Source: the human T2T-CHM13v2.0 reference genome, Homo sapiens. From it: a stretch of 64,000 bases of DNA. The stretch lies in assembly GCF_009914755.1 (NCBI RefSeq), contig NC_060947.1; one strand, written 5' to 3'. The notes under the pieces are model-generated. The model worked only from the letters and a program-made list of their open reading frames with translations. It was not told the DNA's origin and made no database searches. Made by a program: the position numbers and the translations under genes. How positions within the stretch are numbered: the stretch's first letter is position 1; every line of letters begins with the position of its first letter. Below, piece by piece: positions 49,965 to 62,490 of this stretch.

Positions 49965-50408
49965 GAGAACTTAACCATTTAGGGACCCATGGATGGAATT
50001 CTGTGGGTCTATGAACTGGGATTTGTATTTTTACTAATATCTAACTGAAAGTTAGCTTTTCCCTCGATTACCAATGTAGGCAACAAACAACAGTATTAGC
50101 AAGAGTTGTGATTTTATCACCAATAGAAATCATATTTTCCTGTAACATTACGGCTGTGGCTGATATCTTGAAATATCATTTGTGTGCATCACTATTTCAA
50201 AATTACAGTAGTTATGAGACCCACTACTGTAACTTGTTAATGAAGCACATAAATGACTACATCACAAATCTTTAAAAGGTATTTCAATATTGTTCATTTC
50301 CTTAGTAATCTTATATATTTAATTTTATACATTTAAAGACACTGTTTTGAGAGGGATTTACTGGCTTCATCAGGGGGCCATAGCACAAAAACGGTTAAGA
50401 GGCTCTAC
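49965..50408. mobile_element. MER113-like hAT-Charlie element
   Basis: tctaactgaaagttagc...aatgtaggcaacaaac...tcaccaatagaaatca...catagcacaaaaacggttaaga. Confidence 0.8.
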
Positions 50409-52934
50409 ACTGCATTTCCTATAATTGCTTGTTCTAGAAAGTAAGGAATAACACATTTCTTTTTGGCCACCATGTTGGCAGCTTTCATTCAGAAACTTTC
50501 CCAAGCTTGCAAACATTTAGATCAATGCTCTTGAAGACCATTACATCTTGGTTGCATTTGTGTAACTATAGTTTTTTAAAAAAAGGAACAGTATGTGCAA
50601 ACTCTGGTTTTCAGCCAAGCCTTATTCTTTAGGGCACCAGACCTCTGGGTGTAAGATAATCCATGTATTGCTCTACTTGCAGCTACTGTTCCTGTTATTT
50701 GCAGGGACAGCCAGAAATTGCGATTTGGGTAGCTCACCATATTGCATTTAACCATTCTTCTTCCCAGGATGACCTGTGAACTATGTACTTGTTTAGATCA
50801 AATAAAGATAATGAAAAACAAAACGAAAACTGCCCAATGCTGAGCACAGACGAGGCAGGCACTTGCAGACCCTTATTAGAAAAGAAAGAGGCATGGAAGA
50901 CATGTAAATTTCATCTGATGGGGGCAATTTTGCTCCGTTTCCCTTTCTCCTGATTACTGAAGTGAAGGGAGAAGGGAGGAAGATTGGCTCGATTGTCAAG
51001 GAAATGAGGTAGTTTGGGTCAGCTCACGGGTAACTCAGGCCCTAATGAGGTAGGGTCTTAATGAGCCAGATCTTCCTCCTTGTCCTCTTCTTAAAGGGCT
51101 CTTCATAGGCTCATTGTCAGTTTGTCTCCCATACTTATGTACTTGTCTTCTTTCCCCTCATTACTAACCCGCAGGAAGGTACACTTGGGCATATATGTCA
51201 GTGTATGACTCACACAGAGGATTTGAGATGTGATATACATACACAGTTTCACTTGATTTATTATCAGCAGATTTAGATATGCTGGCCCTGAAACATCCCA
51301 AATCTATAGAGTGAAAGAGAGCCTGGTAGAGCTCACACATTTACACCCTCCCTCTCTCTGTACACACAGGGGCAACACACACACACACATTCTTTATGGC
51401 CATAGCCCTCTACACATCTGTGTCACAAACAGCTGTGACGAACCAAATCTTGCCACCCATCACCTACTTCTGTGAGAGGTGTTACTTGTCCAAGCACTCA
51501 TGTCTGTGAGGAGCATGCATTTCCAAATGTGCTGTGCCCCTCCTCTCCCTCCTCCTCCTCCATCTCTACAGATCCAAACACACACGCAGGTATTCATAAT
51601 GCACAGGCCTAAATGTCGAGGTCAGGTATCCTTTGCCTCACAGGCACTGTACAGATCTGAAAGATCCCACATTGACTGCACTCACCTTGCTGTCGCTGCT
51701 GACTCAATGAAATGGAACTTGCCCTAATTTGTTTTTAATTTTGGTAGACATCTGAGCTGGCAAAGGAAGAACTCAGGTGGACCCCCTTGATAAGACTTTT
51801 CTCAACATTTGGGAATGCAGCTCCCTTGGCTAAGCTAGCCAGCTATATAGTTACAGGAAAGGCTGGGGTGTCTGCTACCCACGCTTTTTAAAATGATTCC
51901 CCAACACCAAATTAGCCAACTGCGCTTAAGTGATTCCTATTTGACTAATTGCTTTTAAGGAGTCTGTTAAAACCCCTCACTTACTCCAGCCCACACTCCG
52001 TCAGACATTGCAAAACAGCACTATGGTTGGGGCAGTGGCTGGGAAGCAGCTATGGTTGCTAGGATGGAGACAGCCTGGTGTGATGGCTTGGGTGGGCCCA
52101 TGTTGTTTTTATTATTATTATTTTGCAATTATGTGAGAGGAGCATTATCTCATATACTTTTAAAAAAAGAATCCCACTGTCTCATCCCTTAGGTCATTCC
52201 TGTGCCATCACTCCAGCAAAACTGTGTACTCTTTATTTCAGTTTCAAACTCTTGTCTCCCCTCTCCCTGCCATACACACAAACACACAAGTGTGTGTGCA
52301 CAATTCTACCATACAGTTCTTCTTCTTTATTTTATTTCTGCATTTTGTTTTCCATGAGGAAGGCAGCTAGAGAGTGAAACTGAAGGATGGCTTATTTTCT
52401 GGGTGATAGTCACAGTAACCTACTTGAAGGGTTAAACTATGCCCAAAGGGAGAGAAGCTCCCTCAGAGGGGTTGGGGGTCGGGGAAAGAGAGAGGAAAAA
52501 AAAACAGTGAGAGATAGAGAGACAGAGAAACTGAAAAGGAAAAATCCCAGAGGAGATTTTTGAAAAGATGATCCTGAGAGCAAATGGAGGTCACCTTCCA
52601 TAAGCAAGACTATGGCCCACTGCTTCAATGACCACATTGTCATTGCTTCTTCACTCATCCCCTTCTGACAGTGTATAAAATCCAGCTTTTACATAAGCTT
52701 CTTTGGCTGGTTTTTTAGTCAACCTCTTTATTACACAGTGATGCTTCTGTTTCAGTCCTTCAGTAATTCCCCAGGTCCGAACCAGTATATTACAAAGGGC
52801 CAAAGGATGGGCTTGCTGTCACCAGTTATCTGGTCTTTTCCCCATGACAACATCTGCATCCTGTCTGAGGTGCTGCACCCCCTTGAAACTGACCTTGACA
52901 GATGTGTTAGGACTTGTAGTGTAGGGGAATGACC

Positions 52935-53510
52935 TTCAGACTAACAGATAAGAGACCTAAGTTCAATTCCACCTCTGCTGATAACTATATGACCTTAGGC
53001 AAGTCTACTCTTCTCTGGGCCTTACTTTCTCATCTTTTAATAGAAATGGTGGCTGGGCGCAGTGGCTCATGCCTGTAATCCCAGCACTTTGGAAGGCTAA
53101 ATTGGGTAGAAGGCTTGAGCTCAGGAGTTCAAGACCAGCCTAGGCAGCTAGAGATGGAGAAATCCCATCTCTACCAAAAATACAAAAATTAACTAGGCAT
53201 CATGGTGTCCAACTGTTGTCCCAGCTACTTCAGGGGCTGAGGTGGAAGGATGGCTGGAATCCAGAAAGTCAAGGCTGCAGTGAGCCGAGATTGCACCACT
53301 GTACTCCAGCCTAGGTGACAGAGTGAGACCCTGTCTCAAAAAAAAAAAAAAAAAAAAAAAGAAAGAAAGAAAGAAAGAAAGGAAGAAAGAAAGAAAGAAA
53401 AAAAGAAACGGTAATATCTGCCTTGCCAACCTCATTGCTTTGTTGTGAGGCTCAACTAAGATGTCAGAAAACCATCCTGAAACACAAACAGTGCTGTGAT
53501 AATATATGTA
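52935..53510 (+). mobile_element. MIR split by an Alu
   Basis: tgaccttaggcaagtc...ctcatcttttaatagaaatggt | aatatctgccttgccaacctcattgctttgttgtgagg. Confidence 0.8.
53051..53400 (+). mobile_element. AluJ-type SINE with an A/(GAAA)n tail
   Basis: Full dimer; 12-bp TSD aatagaaatggt / aaaagaaacggt. Confidence 0.95.
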
Positions 53511-53899
53511 CTTGTGGTCAACAAAAGTCAAGGATTCTGCCTCTTGTTTCAATTCTGCACTCTGCGGGGACTTACCCAAATCTCTAAGCCTCAGTTTGTT
53601 CACCATTAAATAGCCATTACAATGCCCAGAGGGAGTTGTAAGCATTTGGCTGGATTTTTCCAAACCACCTGTTGTTCTTTACTGTGGGTAGCTGATGCCA
53701 TGCTGGGGACTGAATGGTGCCTGGCATGAGAGCAGGGTGGAAGTGGTGTGGTGTGCCAGCAGGCAGAGGCTGTGGTCACGGCTGTGAAACATTATTAGCT
53801 GGATGTTTCCAGGTTTTCCTAGAGAGAGAAAGAGAATAGAAAGAAAATTCTTTAAAAATAGAACTTTAAGTGCTGTGCAACTACATGATATTATGTTTT

Positions 53900-54260
53900 A
53901 GTCCCTCTCATTTATTATTCTTAACTCTGTGTTGGCACCATGTTAAGTTCCGTACATACCGTATGTCATTCCATCTTTGCTTCAGCCCTTGAGGGAAGTA
54001 TTAAATAGATGAGAAAATTGAAGTTTGGAGAGAAAGTTTAAGTAGGCTTCTCAAGATTAGCTTGTTTAGAATTGGCAAAGTCTTACTCCAAAGTCTAAGA
54101 TCATCTTGAGAGATGGATAACACTAGCCCCAATTTACAGGTCAGGAGACTGAAACAGAGAGGTAAATAACTTTCACAAAGCTAAACAAGCTAAACGGCCA
54201 GTCAATGGAAGAGACTGATGCCAAAGCCCATTCTTGTTTTCCCTACAATGTAAAATGTGG
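53900..54260 (-). mobile_element. Two MIR fragments
   Basis: agatgagaaaattgaagtttggagag and acaggtcaggagactgaaacagagaggtaaataact. Confidence 0.65.
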
Positions 54261-54539
54261 ACCTTGGGCTCCCAGTGTATTGCTAAATCCATCAGTTCAT
54301 CAGTCTCTAGGCAGCCATTTCCTGAAAATGTACTGCAGGGGGCTTGTTGAACACAGACCACAGTCCAATTGAGACACTAGGAATTACATGAGGCTAAGCT
54401 CAACTGTCCAAAATAGCAGCTGAGTCTATTAAGTAGGTAGATAGGCTTGTGGCCCCAACAACAGCTGTTTCCTCACACAAGCCCAAAGCACACCATTATG
54501 TGAGAAATGGTCTAAATGTGTTGTAGGCCTTTTATGCTT

Positions 54540-54892
54540 TGTATTAGTCCATTCTCGTGCTGCTATGAAGAAATATCTGAGACTGGGTAATTTATTTTAA
54601 AAAAGACGTTTAATTGACTCACAGTTCCACGTGGCTGGGAAGGCCTCAAGAAACTTACAATCATGGTGGAAGGCACCTCTTCACAGTGCAGCAGGAGAGA
54701 GAATAAGAGTTGGACGAAGGGGGAACCCCCTTATAAAACCATCAGATCTTGTGAGAACTCACTCTCACGAGAACAGCATAGGGGAAACTGCCCCCCATGA
54801 TTTAATTATCTCCACCTGGTCCTGCTCTTGACATGTGGAGATTATTATATCAAGGTGAGATTTGGGTGGGCACACAGAGCCAAACCATATTA
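54540..54892 (-). mobile_element. THE1C-like MaLR solo LTR
   Basis: tgtattagtccattctc...gagactgggtaattta...aaacttacaatcatgg...gagatttgggtggg...agccaaaccatat; gctt on both flanks. Confidence 0.95.
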
Positions 54893-54894
54893 GC

Positions 54895-55581
<687 letters not shown>

Positions 55582-56139
55582 TGAAATTGAGAGGATTTCC
55601 TTTTGGGATTTGTTTGGGTTGGTGTGAATGGCTTTTTTAGCCTTCTCACATTCCTTGTTCATTCAAAAAGTGGTCTCTCCTTGGTATTGTGGCTTTACCA
55701 CTCAAAGAAAAGCAAGTGTTTCAGTTCTGGGCAGAAATAGCATGAATATTCTCTTCCATTTAATTATAGAGACTCAGCGTAACCCTGGCAAGAAACTAAA
55801 TCGAGCCCATCAAGTAGCAGACAGTGAAGCCCAACTGTATTCCTAGTATAGTGCCTGTTACATAGTACATGCTGATGAAAAGTTTGTTGTAAAATTAAAG
55901 CATGCATGAATCTCTCCCCAAGAACCATGTATTATCAGTTATAGCTTCATGTCTCATCACCTCAGTTATGAGGCAAACTATCTTCTTTTTTCTCTTGAAC
56001 TCTTCATTTTCAATATTTAAAAAACCTGATTATATCAGGAACAGGGTATCTATAGGTATTCATAGACCTTTAACACTAATAATTTCCCTTTCATGAAGGG
56101 GCTCATAAGGTTCCCCAGGTTTCTTGTGAATATTATGGA

Positions 56140-56410
56140 GAGGCTTGCAACATAGTGATTACAATCCCAGGCTTTAGTGGCAAAAAGATGAGAGTTCAAA
56201 TCCAATTCTGCAATTTACTGGCTGTTTGGATGTTGACAAATTATTTGACCTCCCTATGCTTCAACCTTTATATATGTGAAATGAAGATGATAGTAGCCCC
56301 AAACTCACAGGGTAGGGGTGATTCTGAGGGTTAAGTGAAATAATGTATGCAAAGCATCAGGCATGGAATAAATAAGCACTCATTTAATGGTAGCTACAAT
56401 TATTATCAAC
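56140..56410 (+). mobile_element. MIR SINE, near full length
   Basis: catagtgattac...gagttcaaatcc...gagggttaagtgaaataatgtatgcaaagca. Confidence 0.85.
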
Positions 56411-56807
56411 AACAATGTATTATATGTTGGGGGCAGGAAGCAAGGATCAGGTTAGTATCAGGGACTATAGCATAAAGGGCATTGAATGTGAAGTCCCAAC
56501 AAATAGATTCACGTTCAAATTCTATTATCACCCTGTGACTTTGGAGAAGTTCCTTTTCTTTTGTGGACCTGGTACTTTGACAGTAAGTGTCCTGCCATCC
56601 TCTGCTCACCTGGGCTGGGATACCATCCCCACCCTTCTTACAGAAGCAATGGCTTCAGCCCTTGAATCTACCTTGCAGTCAAGCATGATAAAATCCCTTC
56701 TGAGGTTAAGTATAATGAGGTGTATGGGACTCCAGGAAGAGTAGGTACTAAGGTGGGTGCAGTTTATAAGGAGGTAGACAGGTTTTACCCAGTAAAAGAG
56801 CTTTTCA

Positions 56808-57060
56808 CAGTGTAGTGGTTAAATGCATAGTGTCAGAAGCCACATTGCCCAGGTCAGAATCCTGACTCTGTCATTTACTAGCTGTGTTGACCTTAGGCAA
56901 GTATTTTAGCCTCTCTGACACTTAGTTTTCTTACCTGTGACATGAGGATAATAATAGTATCTACATCATAGGATTGTTATGAAGATTAAATCTTTAATGT
57001 TTATAATTTGCTTAGATCAGTATCTGACATATGTAAAGCACAATATAAGAGTTTTAAATA
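56808..57060 (+). mobile_element. MIR SINE, near full length
   Basis: gtgtagtggttaaatgc...tactagctgtgttgaccttaggcaagt...ataggattgttatgaagattaaat. Confidence 0.9.
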
Positions 57061-57074
57061 ACAAAATAGATAAA

Positions 57075-57240
57075 AATAAGAGCTAATTAAGAATTGGAGG
57101 GAGTTCTTTGATGGGTAGTGAGTTTCCTTTCACTCTCAGGACATCATCAGAGGCTGGAGGTATTAAATATATTCAAGTACCAAGAGAGGATTGGACAAGA
57201 TAAACTTGATCATCACTTCCTGATCAAAAGTTCTATGACT
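57075..57240 (+). mobile_element. L3/CR1 3' end
   Basis: gggtagtgagtttcctttcact...cagaggctgga...gattggacaagat...ttctatga. Confidence 0.55.
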
Positions 57241-58216
57241 TGCTTTCCAAGGTCACCATGGCAGACTTAGACCCAACTTAAGCCATAACTTTTCAGTAGA
57301 TATTTTTCCTCCTCTGCTGCTGTCACCCTCATTTACACTTATGTTTTCTTGGATGACATTTTAAAATTGATCAATACAATTCACAGGTATGAAGGGCAGC
57401 TTAAACCTGCCACCCTTCCCTTGCTCACAAAGCAGCTATTACTTTGAAAGCCAGTTTTACTTTCTGCCTTTTTGTCAGATCTTAGCCAAATTTGATTGAC
57501 AAGAGGCTTTTGGTGAAACTGTTTCATTCGTGTGCTGGATGTCACTTGCTGACTTACAGTCTCCTCATTTGTGAGGTCCCTGATGCTATTAAATGAGAGG
57601 AATTATCATGTCATAAAAAGAATGCCATCAGCTAGTCAGTTTTATATCTGACCTAGCTGTACTTGCATCTGCCATTTGACTTTAGCCTCTTATTTGGGCA
57701 GAGAATAGCATCCATTCATCCACCCTCCACCACCTGTCACTCTCACTAAAGACCAGAAGAAGTCTGCCTCCAGGTGAGGTTTCTCAGTGATGGACTGATA
57801 GAAAGAGTGCTGGAGTTACTCTAAGCTCAGCAGACCAGGCTAATGCTTTAATAGACCATGTAGACAAAGGGCAGTGAAAGAACTAGGGCAGAAATGATTT
57901 TTTACTTGGAGAATCAGACTAGATTGTAGCCCACACAGATGCAGCCTCCTGAATGATTGGAGGAGTTTCAGTATTCCCAGCCCCGCCCTAGGCTGAAATC
58001 CAAACCGGGAAGGCAAGGCAAGGTGTGAGCACATAGGTGAAGGAATTTCCCTCAAGCAGAGGCCCAAGCTCAGAAGGGGTCCTGTGAGGCACATAATTCC
58101 TAGGGTCTTGGCTGAGGCAAGTCTGCCAACCCTGAAAAGCCAGGGGATTTCCTGCATGTTAGAGAATGGCTGAGGCCCTGGAGTATTTTAACCACTCCGG
58201 GAAAAGTAGATGGAGC

Positions 58217-58265
58217 AAAAAAAAAAAAAAAAAAGAAGAATCAAAAAGAAAGAAAGAAAGAAAAA
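58217..58265. repeat. A-rich tract
   Basis: Read directly from the sequence. Confidence 0.85.
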
Positions 58266-58364
58266 TGTCTCCAAGACACCATCAGAGAAGTAGAAGGTGG
58301 AGGTTTCCCTGAAGAAGAAGACTCAACCTGGTTCCAGAGAGACTGCCACTCAGCAACTGCAAGT

Positions 58365-58605
58365 ATGGCCTTGGAATCGGAGAGACTTGGGTTCATGTCC
58401 TGGCTTAGCCAAGTTCCACCGAATGAGTTACTTAAACTCACCAAGCTTCGATTTCCCCTTCTCTAAATTACAGATACTAATAAAAGCCCCTGATTCATTG
58501 GGTTGTTGTGACAATTACATTATACAGAATGTAGGTAAAGCACTTAGCACTCTTGGCAAAAACTAAGTGCCCAGTAAATATTAACTATTTTAATCATTAT
58601 CATCA
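58365..58605 (+). mobile_element. MIR SINE
   Basis: gacttgggttcatgtcctggc...agttacttaaactc...gggttgttgtgacaatta...gtaaagcacttagcac. Confidence 0.85.
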
Positions 58606-58729
58606 TAATGCATCAATTACTGGAAACAGACAAATATAACTTTAAGAAAATATAGATACATTTTATATACTTTTCAATGCATACTATATTTCCTAATAAA
58701 ACCACTATTTAAAAAAGGAAAAAGAAAAG

Positions 58730-58945
58730 CAGTATGACAGAGTGGTTAAGAATGTATGACAAATCATGGTTCACACTCCCAGCTTGACCACCTATCCCTG
58801 TGAGTGTCTAGGTAAATCACTTGGCCTCTTGAGGCTCATAGGACCAACCGTGCAGGATATTGTCAGAATTAAATAAGGAAACCCCCATAAAGTGTTTAGT
58901 ATAGTGCCCTTCACAGAACAAACTAAGATTTATTTCTAGTTATTA
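58730..58945 (+). mobile_element. MIR SINE
   Basis: gagtggttaagaatg...ggttcacactcccagc...aattaaataagg..ataaagtgtttagtatagtgcc. Confidence 0.7.
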
Positions 58946-59404
58946 TCATTATGGGTTTTCCTCTGCAACTCTCAGCCCTCTTGTGTTCCACTTGATTCTA
59001 CCAGTCTTTAGCCCATTATTACAAGCTGTACCAGAGGGAAGTTCAGAGTAACACTGGCGGTTTCCTGGGTGGGGGTAGTCGAGATTGAAACTATCAGGCC
59101 CTAGGGTATAATCCAGTGGTAGTGAAATGGGGTAAAGCATTGTTAGGAACCCAGCCTATTAACTAAAGGCACTGTGGCTTTAAAAGGTAATTGTTTTCCA
59201 GTGGCCTCCCAGAGCTGAGTCAGTTCCTCAGTGGACCCTGTATCACGATATAGCTCCTTTCTTCCAGCCCCCATCACAGCAGCCAATTCAACACATACAC
59301 TCCTGGCTGACGCATTTGCCACTTTCTTCAAATATTTGCTAAAAGCTTCCCAAAGCAGGAAGCCTTGCGGTTGCAGAGCATTCTCTGAGAGAAATGAAGC
59401 AATG

Positions 59405-59418
59405 GTTTCTATGGCAAC
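59405..59418. promoter_or_regulatory. Candidate RFX X-box
   Basis: GTTTCTATGGCAAC, near-palindromic match to GTTGCCATGGCAAC, in non-repeat DNA. Confidence 0.45.
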
Positions 59419-59639
59419 ACTTTGGCACTTATTAGTGTTTGCGTAGGCACTGAGGCAAAAGCTGGGGTCCAGACAAGCCCTTGCTGGGAAGGGATGAGGA
59501 GAAGAGAGGGCTTGGGATGCAAAATTGCTCTCACTTTGCCCTCTTGGTAGTCCTTAGGGACAGTCCTGGGGGAGTGTTTGGGGCACAATTTGGCCATATA
59601 GAGACAGTCTGAACTCTCCTGGGGCAGAGATTGCCTCAC

Positions 59640-60330
59640 TCAGTACCACCTGTCTTTGCCACCAGGTTTAGCTTCCCCAAACACTCCTTCACTGTGCCAC
59701 CCCTCTGCCCAAAAGCTTTGCTTCTTTTCCCCAGTATCTATAGATCAAGTGCAAATCATGGCATTTGTGGCCTTCCACAGACTCCTTTTTTCAGAAGCTG
59801 TAGCTGCCTCCCTCACTGTACCCCCTGTGCCTTCTACTTCAGCAAGATGGTTCAACCTCATCCTACCTCCACTCCCTGTTACACTGCAGGTGTTTCTACT
59901 TCCCACCTCTCTTCCATACCATTCTCCTTGCTTGGACTTCCTGATACCATCGCCCATGTATCCAGGACTTGCCTTTCCTTCAAGACCTGTCTTAAGCCTC
60001 AGTTTCTTCAATAAACTTTATTGGACCACCCCAACTCAGTGGAATTCCATTCTCTGAATTGAGATTGTATTACTACTCAGATCTGTCATGCATTTGACAC
60101 TTAAACACACACTGCCTTGTATGTTGTTTTATTACTGCATATATATACTTTTTTATATATGTGTGTCTTTATTACTGCATATATATTTCTTTATTACTGC
60201 ATATATATGTGTCTCTATTCAACAAATAGATGTCTCTGTCTAGACAGTAAGCTTCTCCCCAAAAGGGGACTTTTAAAGTGTTTTTCTGTTTTTCCACAGT
60301 GCCCTGCTCATAATAAGAAATTAATTAGAC
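59640..60330 (+). mobile_element. L2 3' portion
   Basis: cttcactgtgccacccctctgcccaaaagc...tccttcaagacctgtcttaagc...ctagacagtaagcttc. Confidence 0.65.
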
Positions 60331-60590
60331 ATTATATGCACAGGGTTTAACCCGGTGCCTGGTATATAGTAAGTGCTGGAGAGATGTGTGGTACCCTCGA
60401 ATAGTTCTTGATTGATACCCTGTACCTCCATTGCCACTTCCACTCATGGGCTGCATATGGTGTCCCTGGACATTCATTTAGCCTTAGCCTTGGAGCCTTC
60501 ATGAGCCATTAGGTTGGCAAAACTCAGTGAGTGACCATTGGTCTTATCCACACCATCTCCTGCTGCCCACCCACTCACCACTGCAGCCCT

Positions 60591-60767
60591 CAGGACAGGC
60601 TGTGTCATTTTTAGAGCCCAGTGAAAAACAGAAATGTGAGGCCTCTTGCTGAAATAGTTAATTTCAAGACAGTGAGAGTAGAGCATTAAACCAAGGATAG
60701 GGCTCTTCAGAGTTGGGGCCCTGTACCACGGCACAGGCTATGTTGCACACCCACAAGGCCAGCCCTG
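60591..60767. mobile_element. MER45A-like hAT-Tip100 MITE
   Basis: TIRs caggacaggct / ggccagccctg; aatttcaagacag...agagcattaaaccaag core. Confidence 0.85.
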
Positions 60768-61227
60768 CTCGCCATCCTACTTTTCTTGTGCCGTGTTCCA
60801 AGTTCCTGGCACAAGAGACAGGGGAAATCCACATGCGGCAACCACATATCAAATGGCTCTAGACTAACTGACCAAAATCCAATGATCCAAAAGTGAATTC
60901 ATTGAATGGCCAAGTGTCCAAAAAACAAATTTGTGATGTCTGTCTTTTATTTTGCCCTGCCCTTGCCTTTGCCCAGGCTCTGCCCATGCCTCTGCCTGTG
61001 CCTACATCTACACTTTCATCTTCTCACTTCCCAGGTCTTAGCAAATTAAACTATAAAGGCAAGGCTGCATCTGTTTTATGTCCCTTTCCCCTCATGTTCT
61101 GATTTCTTTTGAATCAGTCATGATTTCTTTGGGGGCTGAGGTGAGCAGCCACATGACCACTCCATACTTCACTCACGGGACAGCCAGACAGTAGAGATTA
61201 GTAAACATTCAAGAGTTAAAAGCTGAA

Positions 61228-61530
61228 GGCCAGGGGTGGTGGCTCACGCCTGTAATCCCAGCACTTTTGTGAGGCTGAGGAGGGAGAATCACTTGAGCCC
61301 AGGAGTTCGAGACTAGCCTGGGCAACATAGCAACACCCTGTCTCTACAAAAAAAAATGTAAAAGATTAGCCAGGTGTGATGGCACACACCTGTAGTCCAA
61401 GCCATTCAGGCAGCTGAGGCAGGAGGATTGCTAGAGCCCAGGAGTTTGAGACTGCAGTGAGTTATGATTGTGCCACTACATTCCAGCCTGGGTGATAGAA
61501 TGAGACCCTGTCTCAAAAAAAAAAAAAAAA
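61228..61530 (+). mobile_element. AluJ-type SINE
   Basis: Full dimer; 17-bp TSD aagagttaaaagctgaa / aaaaattaaaagctgta. Confidence 0.95.
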
Positions 61531-61599
61531 ATTAAAAGCTGTAAGCAGAGGATGTCATAGTCTTAAAATCATACTTTTACCCTGCTCATGGATAATATA

Positions 61600-62300
61600 A
61601 AACTGTAGGACAGTCTCACTCCGTTTCTTCAAACACAGTAAGCATCATTTTATAGTCTGTCTCTGGTATGTCCAACATCTGAAGTCTTTGAGGGTCTGTT
61701 TCTGCTGTTTGCTCTTTCTTTAGACTCCTGGTCATGGTCTCTTATTTCCTTGTGTGTCTGGTTATCTTCATGTGCTAGTTGTTGTATTTGAAAAACTATT
61801 TGTAGTAGTGATTTGAAGCCCAGAATAAAGTTATCTTTCTTCAGAGAGAGAATTTGTATTTGCTTTAGTGAGAATCCTGAGGCATTGCTAGTCTGGAGTA
61901 AATTTAAGTTTACTAATTAAGTTTTCCTAGACAGTATAAATGCAATCTGCTGCTCCCCAAGGTTCATATGTGGTTTACCCTTATTCTGCAGGTATAATCA
62001 TTTGGAGCCCTAGTTTTCTGTGGGGAGCATTTCCTAGCAGACTTCTCACCTTCTATTGGATCTGGACTATGATTTCTGTCCCTCTTGACCCACAAGGTTT
62101 TCAATATTAAAGTTGAAATTTTCTGGCATGGAAAAATGCCCTTAGAGTGAAAGCAGCTACATCCATGCTTACTCATTTCTTTAGGTTCTCACTATCACTT
62201 CATTTTTGCCTAACAATACTTAAATACCTTGTTAGTAGTTCTTTATTGATTTTAAGAAGATTTTTAAAAAACAGATTTTCTGATTTCCGGTGGCTTCAAC
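61600..62300 (-). mobile_element. Ancient L1ME/HAL1-type 5'-region fragment
   Basis: ttttatagtctgtctctgg...ccaacatctgaagtctttgagggtctgtttctgctgt...cttatttccttgtgtgtctgg. Confidence 0.6.
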
Positions 62301-62329
62301 CATTATAAGAAACCCAAAGTATGTCACAT

Positions 62330-62490
62330 GCAATTCTCTCATCATGCTTTGAAGTAGGCAGGTAGACTGGGAGGCTAAAACTATACATATTTTGTAGATG
62401 GGAAAATTCCATGAAGTTACTTGCCCAGAGCCAGACAGTGAATTAGTGACAGATCTTGAAAGAGAAATCAGGCCCCACATGTTACCATCA
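62330..62490 (-). mobile_element. MIR fragment
   Basis: attttgtagatgggaaa...ttacttgcccagagccagacagtgaattagtgacaga. Confidence 0.65.

Noticed and set aside
58217-58265. Poly(A) tail of a processed pseudogene
   Set aside because: No upstream AATAAA, ORF homology or TSD was found.
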